A DNA stretch of 64,000 nucleotides from Candidatus Omnitrophota bacterium. GTDB lineage: Bacteria; Omnitrophota; Gorgyraeia; Gygaellales; Profunditerraquicolaceae. Below the pieces are notes generated by a model that worked only from the letters and a program-made list of their open reading frames with translations, ran no database searches and was not told the origin of the DNA. The stretch is from contig CAWDSS010000012.1 in the NCBI GenBank assembly GCA_963805065.1, positions 108,174 to 172,173 on the forward strand, in the 5' to 3' direction. This document shows positions 25,189 through 32,228 of the stretch, piece by piece. Position 1 is the stretch's first letter. Every line of letters begins with the position of its first letter. The position numbers were made by a program, and so were the translations under genes.

Positions 25189-26620
25189 CTTGTAACCTCC
25201 GTTTAAGTATATCCTGGACAGCTTTGGGATTTGCCTTACCTTTGCTCTTTTTCATGACCTGGCCTACCAAAAACATAATGGAACTTTCTTTTCCGTTTCT
25301 GAAATCAGCTACGCTTTTGGGGTTTTCCTTTATAACCTCATCTACCATACTGTCAAGTTCTTTAGGATCAGATATTTGTATCAAGTTTTTTTGCTTTATG
25401 ATATCAGAAGCGTTCATACCGCTGGTTATAGAATCTTTCAGTACCGACTTTCCAACGAGATTAGAAATACTGCCGTTTGCCACTGCAAGAATTAATTTTA
25501 TAAATTCCTTTTGCCCTCCTGGTATTTTTAATTCGGATATCGAACAATTCATATCGCTGGCAATGGAAGCCAAAGGGCCGATTAACCAATTTACCACGGG
25601 TTTTTTATCTGCCTGGGAGTATTCATTTATGTACTCCTCTGCAAGATCAGCATCCTTTTTTGAAGATACTAAAATTTTAGCGTCGTATTCTGATAAACCA
25701 TAGTTTTTCATAAAACGCAGCATCTTCTCCTGCGGTAATTCTGGTATAGCCTTTTTAATCTCTTCTATTTTTTTAGCATCGATTACAAATGGCGCAAGGT
25801 CAGGCTCAGGAAAATAGCGGTAATCCTGGGCCTCTTCTTTTGTGCGCATAGAAATTGTCTTTAATTCCCTGGCATCCCAAAGCCTGGTTTCCTGAATAAT
25901 AGATCCACCGTCATTTAAGGCTTGCGATTGGCGCGAAACTTCGTAAGCCAGAGAATCCCTGACCGCACGGAAGGAATTCAGGTTCTTTAATTCCGTTTTA
26001 GTGCCCAGTTTATCTGCGCCCTTTTGCCTTATTGAGACATTCGCGTCGCAACGCAAAGACCCCTTCTCCATATCGCAATCAGAGACATCCAGGTATTCAA
26101 GAATACTTTTTAACATAGTCAGGTATTCGTAAGCCTCCTGTGGAGAATTTATATCGGGGTCGCTCACTATCTCCAATAAAGGCATACCTGAGCGGTTAAA
26201 ATCCACCAAGCTTACATCATCTTTATGAATAAGTTTTCCTGCATCTTCCTCCATGTGCACCCGTAAGATTCCTATGCGCTTTGTCCCGCTTTCCAAATCT
26301 ACATCTAAAAACCCGTTCCTAGATAAAGGCAAATCATATTGAGAAATCTGGTAATTTTTCGGCAAATCCGGATAAAAATAATTTTTTCTATCAAATTTGG
26401 TGTAGTCCTGAACTTTACAATTTAGCGCCAGTGCAACTTTTATGGCATAATCAAGATAAAGTTTATTCAGCACAGGCAAAGAACCCGGGAAACCTAAGCA
26501 TACCGGGCAAACTTGGGTATTGGGTTCGTTTCCGAATTCAGTAGAGCAGCCGCAAAATGCCTTAGTCTTGGTTTTTATCTGAACATGGACCTCTAATCCG
26601 ATAACTGTTTCGTATTCCAT
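25181..26620 (-). CDS. gatB: Asp/Glu-tRNA amidotransferase subunit B
   Basis: YETVIGLEVHVQ, CPVCLGFPGSLP, RKNYFYPDLPKNYQISQ, C-terminal YqeY-like tail. Confidence 0.95.
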   Translation of the reverse strand: MEYETVIGLEVHVQIKTKTKAFCGCSTEFGNEPNTQVCPVCLGFPGSLPVLNKLYLDYAIKVALALNCKVQDYTKFDRKNYFYPDLPKNYQISQYDLPLSRNGFLDVDLESGTKRIGILRVHMEEDAGKLIHKDDVSLVDFNRSGMPLLEIVSDPDINSPQEAYEYLTMLKSILEYLDVSDCDMEKGSLRCDANVSIRQKGADKLGTKTELKNLNSFRAVRDSLAYEVSRQSQALNDGGSIIQETRLWDARELKTISMRTKEEAQDYRYFPEPDLAPFVIDAKKIEEIKKAIPELPQEKMLRFMKNYGLSEYDAKILVSSKKDADLAEEYINEYSQADKKPVVNWLIGPLASIASDMNCSISELKIPGGQKEFIKLILAVANGSISNLVGKSVLKDSITSGMNASDIIKQKNLIQISDPKELDSMVDEVIKENPKSVADFRNGKESSIMFLVGQVMKKSKGKANPKAVQDILKRRLQDA

Positions 26621-26623
26621 TTC

Positions 26624-28105
26624 TTAAATTTTGGGGTTCATTTTATGCCAAGTAGTATTTTGTTCATAGGCATGTGCTATTCTAAACAACGTCTCTTCAT
26701 TAAATGGCTTGGCTAAAATCTGTAATCCTACGGGTAAACCCTTTTTGGAAAAGCCGCAAGGTATAGATATTGCCGGTAACCCAGCCAAATTGGCAGAGAT
26801 TGTATAAATATCCGATAAGTACATTTTTAACGGGTCGTCAACTTTCTCTTTGATTTTAAACGCCGGCGTGGGAGAAGTAGGAGTAATAATACAATCAAAT
26901 TCTTTGAATACCTCGTCGAAATCATGTTTTATGAGTGTGCGGACTTTTAATGCACGCAGGTAATAGGCATCATAATAGCCGTGCGATAAGACAAAGGTGC
27001 CTAAAATAATCCTGCGCTTTGCTTCCTGGCCAAAACCCTCTCCCCGTGTTTTCTTATACATTTCTATTAAGTTGCTTTGTTCAATCCTTAAGCCATATTG
27101 CACAGCATCGAATCTGGCTAAATTGGAGCTGGCCTCAGCTGTAGCAATAATATAGTAGACCGGAACCGCGTATTCTGTATGGGGCAAGGAAACCTGTTTA
27201 AAATCAGCTCCCAGACTTTTAATCTTATTAACTGCTTCCTCCATTACTGTTTTAACCTGAGGATCCAGTCCTTCCACAAAATATTCTTTAGGCAAACCGA
27301 TTTTTATGCCCTTAATGTCTTTGCCCAAAGACTGCGCATAATCAGGGACATCTGTGTTCGCCGAGGTAGAATCATTGGGGTCGTAGCCGGAAATCACATT
27401 CATTAATATTGCGCAGTCCTGGATATCCTTGGCAAATGGGCCTATTTGATCAAGGCTGGAAGCAAAAGCAATTAAGCCGAAACGCGACACTCTTCCGTAA
27501 GTAGGTTTTAGCCCTACCACGCCACAAAAAGAAGCAGGCTGCCTGATTGAGCCGCCCGTATCAGAGCCTAAAGCAAGTATTGCTTCATCTGCAGCCACAC
27601 TCGCTGCAGAGCCTCCGGAGGAACCTCCGGGAACACATTCCAAATCCCAGGGATTATGCGTCGGGCCAAAGAATGAGTTTTCCGTAGAAGAGCCGAACGC
27701 AAATTCATCCATATTGGTTTTTAAGTCAAAAATTATTGCTCCGGCTTGTTTCAATCTTTTAATCACAGTAGCATCGTAGGGAGGCCTGAATCCTTCTAAA
27801 ATTCTTGAGCAACATTCGGTATTCAGCCCTTCTGTACAGATATTGTCTTTGATTGAAACAGGTATGCCGTTTAGTGAGGTTCTGGGTTCTGGGTTCTGGG
27901 TTCTGGGTTCTAGGTTTTGGGTTCTGGGTTGCGGGTTCTGGCTTTTTGGTTGGCCTGTATGATCGGTAAACCTGACGTAAGCTTTAACGTGGGAGTCTTT
28001 TGCCTTGATACGTTTTTTCAGGACGTCTACAATTTCTTCGGGGCTTATTTCTTTTTTGCTTAATTTTTGGGAAAGTTCGTGGGCTGTTAATGCGTACAAT
28101 TCCAT
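26624..28105 (-). CDS. gatA: Asp/Glu-tRNA amidotransferase subunit A (amidase signature)
   Basis: GIPVSIKDNI, GGSSGGSAASVA, GSDTGGSIRQPA. Carries an in-frame low-complexity insert (QNPQPRTQNLEPRTQNPEPRTQNPEPRT) encoded by a heptanucleotide tandem repeat. Confidence 0.9.
   Translation of the reverse strand: MELYALTAHELSQKLSKKEISPEEIVDVLKKRIKAKDSHVKAYVRFTDHTGQPKSQNPQPRTQNLEPRTQNPEPRTSLNGIPVSIKDNICTEGLNTECCSRILEGFRPPYDATVIKRLKQAGAIIFDLKTNMDEFAFGSSTENSFFGPTHNPWDLECVPGGSSGGSAASVAADEAILALGSDTGGSIRQPASFCGVVGLKPTYGRVSRFGLIAFASSLDQIGPFAKDIQDCAILMNVISGYDPNDSTSANTDVPDYAQSLGKDIKGIKIGLPKEYFVEGLDPQVKTVMEEAVNKIKSLGADFKQVSLPHTEYAVPVYYIIATAEASSNLARFDAVQYGLRIEQSNLIEMYKKTRGEGFGQEAKRRIILGTFVLSHGYYDAYYLRALKVRTLIKHDFDEVFKEFDCIITPTSPTPAFKIKEKVDDPLKMYLSDIYTISANLAGLPAISIPCGFSKKGLPVGLQILAKPFNEETLFRIAHAYEQNTTWHKMNPKI
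27879..27941. repeat. heptanucleotide tandem repeat GGTTCTG x9 (3 variant units) inside gatA
   Basis: The nine units read ggttctg x4, ggttcta, ggttttg, ggttctg, ggttgcg, ggttctg. That is 63 bp, or 21 codons, read as a 7-aa periodic PRTQNPE tract. Confidence 0.9.
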
Positions 28106-28133
28106 TTTCTTAACCTGATTGTATTTAAAGCCG

Positions 28134-28421
28134 CTATTCTATTACCTTTGGCACGACAAAAAAATTACCCTGGCGTTTAGGCGCGTTGCTTAATGTTTTT
28201 TCGCTAGGTAAAGAGCTCCCTGGCACATCCTCTCTTAACACATTATTAATAGGCAGGATATGGCTTGTGGGATTTATGTTTTTGATATCGATTTTATTCA
28301 GCTTATCGATGAACCCCAGGATATCTTCCAGTTGTTTGGCTAGCCTTTCTAACTCATTTTCCTGCAATTCAATACGCGAAAGATTAGCTGCATACTTTAC
28401 GGTATTTTTATCCATTGCCAT
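28134..28421 (-). CDS. gatC: Asp/Glu-tRNA amidotransferase subunit C
   Basis: 95 aa. KYAANLSRIEL...E, typical GatC size and position upstream of gatA. Confidence 0.85.
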   Translation of the reverse strand: MAMDKNTVKYAANLSRIELQENELERLAKQLEDILGFIDKLNKIDIKNINPTSHILPINNVLREDVPGSSLPSEKTLSNAPKRQGNFFVVPKVIE

Positions 28422-28448
28422 ACGTAACTCCTTAATATTTAGCTTTTA

Positions 28449-28477
28449 ATGATAACACTGTTTATGATAAAAGTCAA
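28449..28477 (-). promoter_or_regulatory. sigma70-type promoter for gatCAB
   Basis: The minus strand reads TTGACT - 17 nt - TATCAT, then AGGAG 6 nt before the gatC ATG. Confidence 0.55.
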
Positions 28478-28489
28478 AGTAAAATGTAA

Positions 28490-28545
28490 CGCTAATTGCC
28501 GCTAATTATTAGCGGAGATTAGCCATAAATTAGCGAGAATTAGCG
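28490..28545. promoter_or_regulatory. phased array of six CGCTAAT/ATTAGCG heptamers
   Basis: CGCTAAT at 28490 and 28500. ATTAGCG/ATTAGCC at 28508, 28518, 28529 and 28539. Spacing is 10-11 bp. The central perfect palindrome CGCTAATTATTAGCG lies just upstream of the -35. Confidence 0.6.
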
Positions 28546-28582
28546 CTTTAGAATGTAGTACGATTTTGTCTACGGAGAGTAT

Positions 28583-30490
28583 TTATTTATATTCTAGGTT
28601 AATGTTGAAGCTTTTTTCCTTTTCATTAATCTCTCCGGGAAAAGCGGGGAACGGGGAGACATTTTTTATGGCATTTATTGCCGTTTGATTCAGATCTTGA
28701 TTAGACGAAGATGTAACCCTGGGCTCATTGATCAATTGTCCATTTGAATTAAGCATAAAAGAAACCACGACTTCGCCTTTTCGAGATTTGTGGTCAGCCA
28801 GAGAATTCAACCTTATCTTATCAAATACTGCTTTTTTGTATTCTTCAACACTCTTAGGTTCTTGGCTATGTTTCTTTTGCTCTTCTTTTGCGATGGTCTG
28901 TATAAAAGCAATATCCTTGTTCTGTGTTAAGTTGGAATATTCCACAGGCTCCCTACCTGAAACAATACGAGGAGTAATAAATATGACTAACTCGCTTTTT
29001 AATGTTTCTTTTTTTGTGCTTCTAAATAGAAGCGGCCCTAAAAATGGAATGTCCCCCAAAATCGGTATTTTATTTATTTGGATGTTCTGTTGATCTTTTT
29101 TTAGCCCCGCGATGATTATAGTAGCCCCGTCCTGGACCATAACTGTTGTTTCAGATTCTGAAGTTGTAACTATCGGGACTTGAGTTATCTGGCCTTCTGA
29201 TGTTAAATCCGTAAGCGTAGCCGAGCTTATCTCAGGCTTTATTTTCATAATTACGAATCCATCCCGGTTAATAGTCGGGGTTACATAAAGCTTAATTCCT
29301 ACGTCGACAAAATTAACGCTCTGAGATGTTACGGCTGTTCCCGTCCCCCCTTGAGAAGTAGTAGAAGTTATATAAGCATCTTTTGTCCCCACGAGAATTT
29401 TTGCTTCCTGATTATTTAAAACCATAATCCGGGGGCTGGAAAGAATTTTTGTCTCGCCGATTAATTGAAGCATTGATAGTAAACCTGCAAATTGCCCTGG
29501 AGCGGTTGGAGTAGCGATGGGGCTTGCAGCTGCAACTCCCACAGCTAATAAGTTAGGTATAGTTGAAGCATCGGTAAGCGAGAGCGCGGGCATTTGAGAT
29601 GCTAAGTTAAAATTCTTTTTTATCCAGTAATCCCAATTTACTCCCATTGAATATTCATTGAAGGGAGTTATTTCGACAATTTGCGCGTCAATTAAAACCT
29701 GCGGAGTCCTTTCATCAAACGCACTGATAATCTTGGCTATCTCATCCAATTTTTCCGGATAATCTGTAATCGCAATCTTATTCGTTCTCTCGTCGATTCT
29801 CATGGAACCCAGGTTCTTGGTTATTGATTCCTGTAACTTCGGCTGAATTTTTTCCGCCTGGGCATAGTTCAGAGAAAAAACCCTAGTCTGAAGTGCTAAG
29901 TCCGTAGTCGTGACAAATTCCTCCATCTCCTTAATTTTTTCCGGAGTATCTACAAGCGCTAAGGTGTTCGAGGCATCATCAGCCACTATCCTGCCCAAAT
30001 TGGTCTTTATCTGGGTCAGCGACCTGGCTAAATCCGCTGCCTTGGCAAATTTAAGATGGATGATTTTCGCCTGTTTTTTATCCTGGAAACGCTCGCCGTA
30101 ATGTAACTCATAATCCCTTTGCGTCATGACATTGATGATATCGCCTTTTCTCTCGTAAGCTAAGTCATTAGCCAAAAGTATTATTTCAAAAGCATCCCAG
30201 AGGTCCACGTTCTTCAAAAAGAGGGTGACTTTTCCCGTAACGCTTTTACCCATTACTATGTTCAGACCTGAACGCGTAGACAGCATTTTCATCACATCTA
30301 CAATATCCATGCCTTTTATATCCAATGATATTTTATTTTGTATAACTTTCTGGTCTTGGGCAAATGAGGGATTAACAGCGAATGCCAAAACGCAAATAAC
30401 TACACAAGAACACAAGAACACAAGAACACAAGAACGGTTCTTGAGTTTTTGAGTCAAATTTAAATCTTGGATTTTGGATTTATTTTCCAT
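28583..30490 (-). CDS. secretin (GspD/PilQ family) with C-terminal TonB-C-like domain
   Basis: Start set at MENKSKI (GGAGGG RBS). Signal peptide ends SFA-QDQ. N0/N1-like domains. Secretin core (LNNQEAKILVG, VDVGIKLYVTPTIN, KIPILGDIPFLGPLF, ELVIFITPRIV). The last ~95 aa read KGEVVVSFMLNSNGQLINEPRVTSSSNQDLNQTAINAIKNVSPFPAFP, which is TonB-C-like. Confidence 0.85.
   Translation of the reverse strand: MENKSKIQDLNLTQKLKNRSCVLVFLCSCVVICVLAFAVNPSFAQDQKVIQNKISLDIKGMDIVDVMKMLSTRSGLNIVMGKSVTGKVTLFLKNVDLWDAFEIILLANDLAYERKGDIINVMTQRDYELHYGERFQDKKQAKIIHLKFAKAADLARSLTQIKTNLGRIVADDASNTLALVDTPEKIKEMEEFVTTTDLALQTRVFSLNYAQAEKIQPKLQESITKNLGSMRIDERTNKIAITDYPEKLDEIAKIISAFDERTPQVLIDAQIVEITPFNEYSMGVNWDYWIKKNFNLASQMPALSLTDASTIPNLLAVGVAAASPIATPTAPGQFAGLLSMLQLIGETKILSSPRIMVLNNQEAKILVGTKDAYITSTTSQGGTGTAVTSQSVNFVDVGIKLYVTPTINRDGFVIMKIKPEISSATLTDLTSEGQITQVPIVTTSESETTVMVQDGATIIIAGLKKDQQNIQINKIPILGDIPFLGPLLFRSTKKETLKSELVIFITPRIVSGREPVEYSNLTQNKDIAFIQTIAKEEQKKHSQEPKSVEEYKKAVFDKIRLNSLADHKSRKGEVVVSFMLNSNGQLINEPRVTSSSNQDLNQTAINAIKNVSPFPAFPGEINEKEKSFNINLEYK
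30403..30434. repeat. octanucleotide tandem repeat CACAAGAA x4 in the secretin signal-peptide coding region
   Basis: cacaagaa x4, followed by cggttcttg, which forms the palindrome caagaacggttcttg. It encodes SCVLVFLCSCVV. Confidence 0.9.
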
Positions 30491-30500
30491 AACAGCCCTC

Positions 30501-31115
30501 CTACAAATAAAGTTCAAATTTTTGTCCGTTGTAATTTAGTATGATTTTTCCATCCTCTATATCTTCAACCTTAAACTCTCCGATGAACTGGCCCTTTGTT
30601 ACATAATATGTCTTTTGTGATTTCTTGTCTTCAATAACAGCCTGGGGATTATCTCCTGAAACTATTCCTATCAGGCTCATGTCTTTAATTAAATCCGAAC
30701 TTACAGCCGCTGGGGCCTTTCCTGAATCAGTGCCGGAAGAACCGGAAAATATCTGACGGTTTTTTACGCCTTCCAGATAGTATTCATAGGGTTTTGCCTC
30801 TTGCGCAGGGACATTTTTTTCCTCTCCGGGTTTTTCCTGAATTGGTTTTGGCAAAGCAAAATCCTTCGATTCAAATAGCGGATAAACAAACGTATATACA
30901 AGAAAACCGCAGGAAATAATAAAAATTACAACAAAAATTTTATTTATCCCTAAAATGGAAATATAATTATATGGTAAAGACATCTGAAATTTATGGATTT
31001 TACGCCCGGGCTCTTGTTCCTGTCCGATTGGCAGTTTATCCGCAGCTACTGCATGTTTCTTTTGGCCCCTTATCAGCCTAAGCAGTTTTTCTTCCGGAGA
31101 AGAATTCTCTTTCAT
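30501..31115 (-). CDS. GspC/PilP-like inner-membrane protein (HR-domain-like C-terminus)
   Basis: One TM helix (IFVVIFIISCGFLVYTFVY) and a Pro/Glu-rich linker. The C-terminal MSLIGIVSGDNPQAVIEDKKSQKTYYVTKGQFIGEFKVEDIEDGKIILNYNGQKFELYL resembles the secretin-binding HR domain. Confidence 0.55.
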   Translation of the reverse strand: MKENSSPEEKLLRLIRGQKKHAVAADKLPIGQEQEPGRKIHKFQMSLPYNYISILGINKIFVVIFIISCGFLVYTFVYPLFESKDFALPKPIQEKPGEEKNVPAQEAKPYEYYLEGVKNRQIFSGSSGTDSGKAPAAVSSDLIKDMSLIGIVSGDNPQAVIEDKKSQKTYYVTKGQFIGEFKVEDIEDGKIILNYNGQKFELYL

Positions 31116-31930
31116 ACTTGTGCTCCGTTAAAAATGAGTTCGTTTATAATCTGGGCATCAACAAGCTGCTTGTCTTTCATCACTAAAGTCTCCAGTGCAT
31201 TGTGGCATAGCATGGCAATCTTACGAGGATAGCCTTGAGTATGCTCGTAAATCAGCTTTAGCGCATCTTCGCTGAATAAGGGCCTTGGATTCTTATATCC
31301 TGCCTGCCTTAGCCTGAATTCAATCATTTCCTTAGTTTCTGACTCATCAAAGGGATTGATTACATATTTGAGGGCTACCCTGTCCATAAAATTACGTATG
31401 CGCTTAAGCTTGGGCAGCAATTCTACCTGTGCCATAATTACAAGCTGCAGAAGTTTATATTCGTTAGTCTCATAATTCAGAAGCGTCCTTAAAACTTCCA
31501 AATTCTCCGCAGACAGCTTCTGGCTTTCATCAATTAAAAGGACTATGGTCTTATTCTCCTCTACGCCTTTCTGGAATAAATATTTTTCCAACGCTTCCTT
31601 AAAATCCATGGTTGACTTAAAGGGTGGTGTGATATTAAACATTTTAACCAGGTATAAAAGAAATTGAAATTCCGATTTGAAATTGGGATCTAAAACCATA
31701 TGAAAGATAAAATCATCTTCATCCTTAAATGCCTGCAATAATGCACGCGACAAAGTTGTCTTACCTGTCCCCACGTCGCCTAAAACTAAACTTAGACCCC
31801 TGCGCAGCCTAATGGAAATTTCCAGCCTTTTTAAAATCGTTTCGTGGCTTGCGGAGCGGTAAAAAAAATCCGGGTCAGGGCTGGTAGAAAACGGCTCTCT
31901 TTCAAGGCCGAAAATTTTATAATAGCTCAT
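31112..31930 (-). CDS. ExeA/GspA-family AAA ATPase
   Basis: FGLEREPFSTSPDPDFFY, Walker A GDVGTGKTT, Walker B VLLIDESQ. COG3267-like layout. No peptidoglycan-binding C-terminal domain. Confidence 0.75.
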   Translation of the reverse strand: MSYYKIFGLEREPFSTSPDPDFFYRSASHETILKRLEISIRLRRGLSLVLGDVGTGKTTLSRALLQAFKDEDDFIFHMVLDPNFKSEFQFLLYLVKMFNITPPFKSTMDFKEALEKYLFQKGVEENKTIVLLIDESQKLSAENLEVLRTLLNYETNEYKLLQLVIMAQVELLPKLKRIRNFMDRVALKYVINPFDESETKEMIEFRLRQAGYKNPRPLFSEDALKLIYEHTQGYPRKIAMLCHNALETLVMKDKQLVDAQIINELIFNGAQV

Positions 31931-32150
31931 GCTTTATCTCTTCTATGGACTTGTTTTCTTTTCGTAACAAGCGAATTTTCTTGAGTAATTCAATGGTAGA
32001 ATCGTTAAAATAGCGATAGCGGGTTTCAGGGCTGCGGCTGACCTCACAAATTAAGCCGATTTTCAGGTAATATTTGATTGTATATATAGAATATCCTGAG
32101 ATGTGAGCTAAGTCTTTAATTAAGTAGATGTTAGGTAGTGGGTTATCCAT
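31917..32150 (-). CDS. small MerR-family HTH protein
   Basis: 77 aa. YLIKDLAHISGYSIYTIKYYLKIGLI...RYRYFNDSTIELLKKIRLLR. Confidence 0.65.
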   Translation of the reverse strand: MDNPLPNIYLIKDLAHISGYSIYTIKYYLKIGLICEVSRSPETRYRYFNDSTIELLKKIRLLRKENKSIEEIKHELL

Positions 32151-32151
32151 T

Positions 32152-32194
32152 GCTCTCTAACTAGAGAGCATACAACTTTTTTTAGAATTGTCAA
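32152..32194 (-). promoter_or_regulatory. internal promoter plus perfect 18-bp palindrome in front of the merR-like gene
   Basis: The minus strand reads TTGACA (32194..32189) - 16 nt - TATGCT (32172..32167). The palindrome GCTCTCTAACTAGAGAGC (32152..32169) overlaps the -10 and ends 1 nt before the ATG. Confidence 0.5.
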
Positions 32195-32228
32195 GAAAAA
32201 TTTAGAATTTTGGAAGGGTTGGATTTAA

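Noticed and set aside
25224-25703. 159-aa plus-strand ORF
   Set aside because: Antisense to gatB. Low-complexity Phe/Ser/Ile-rich translation.
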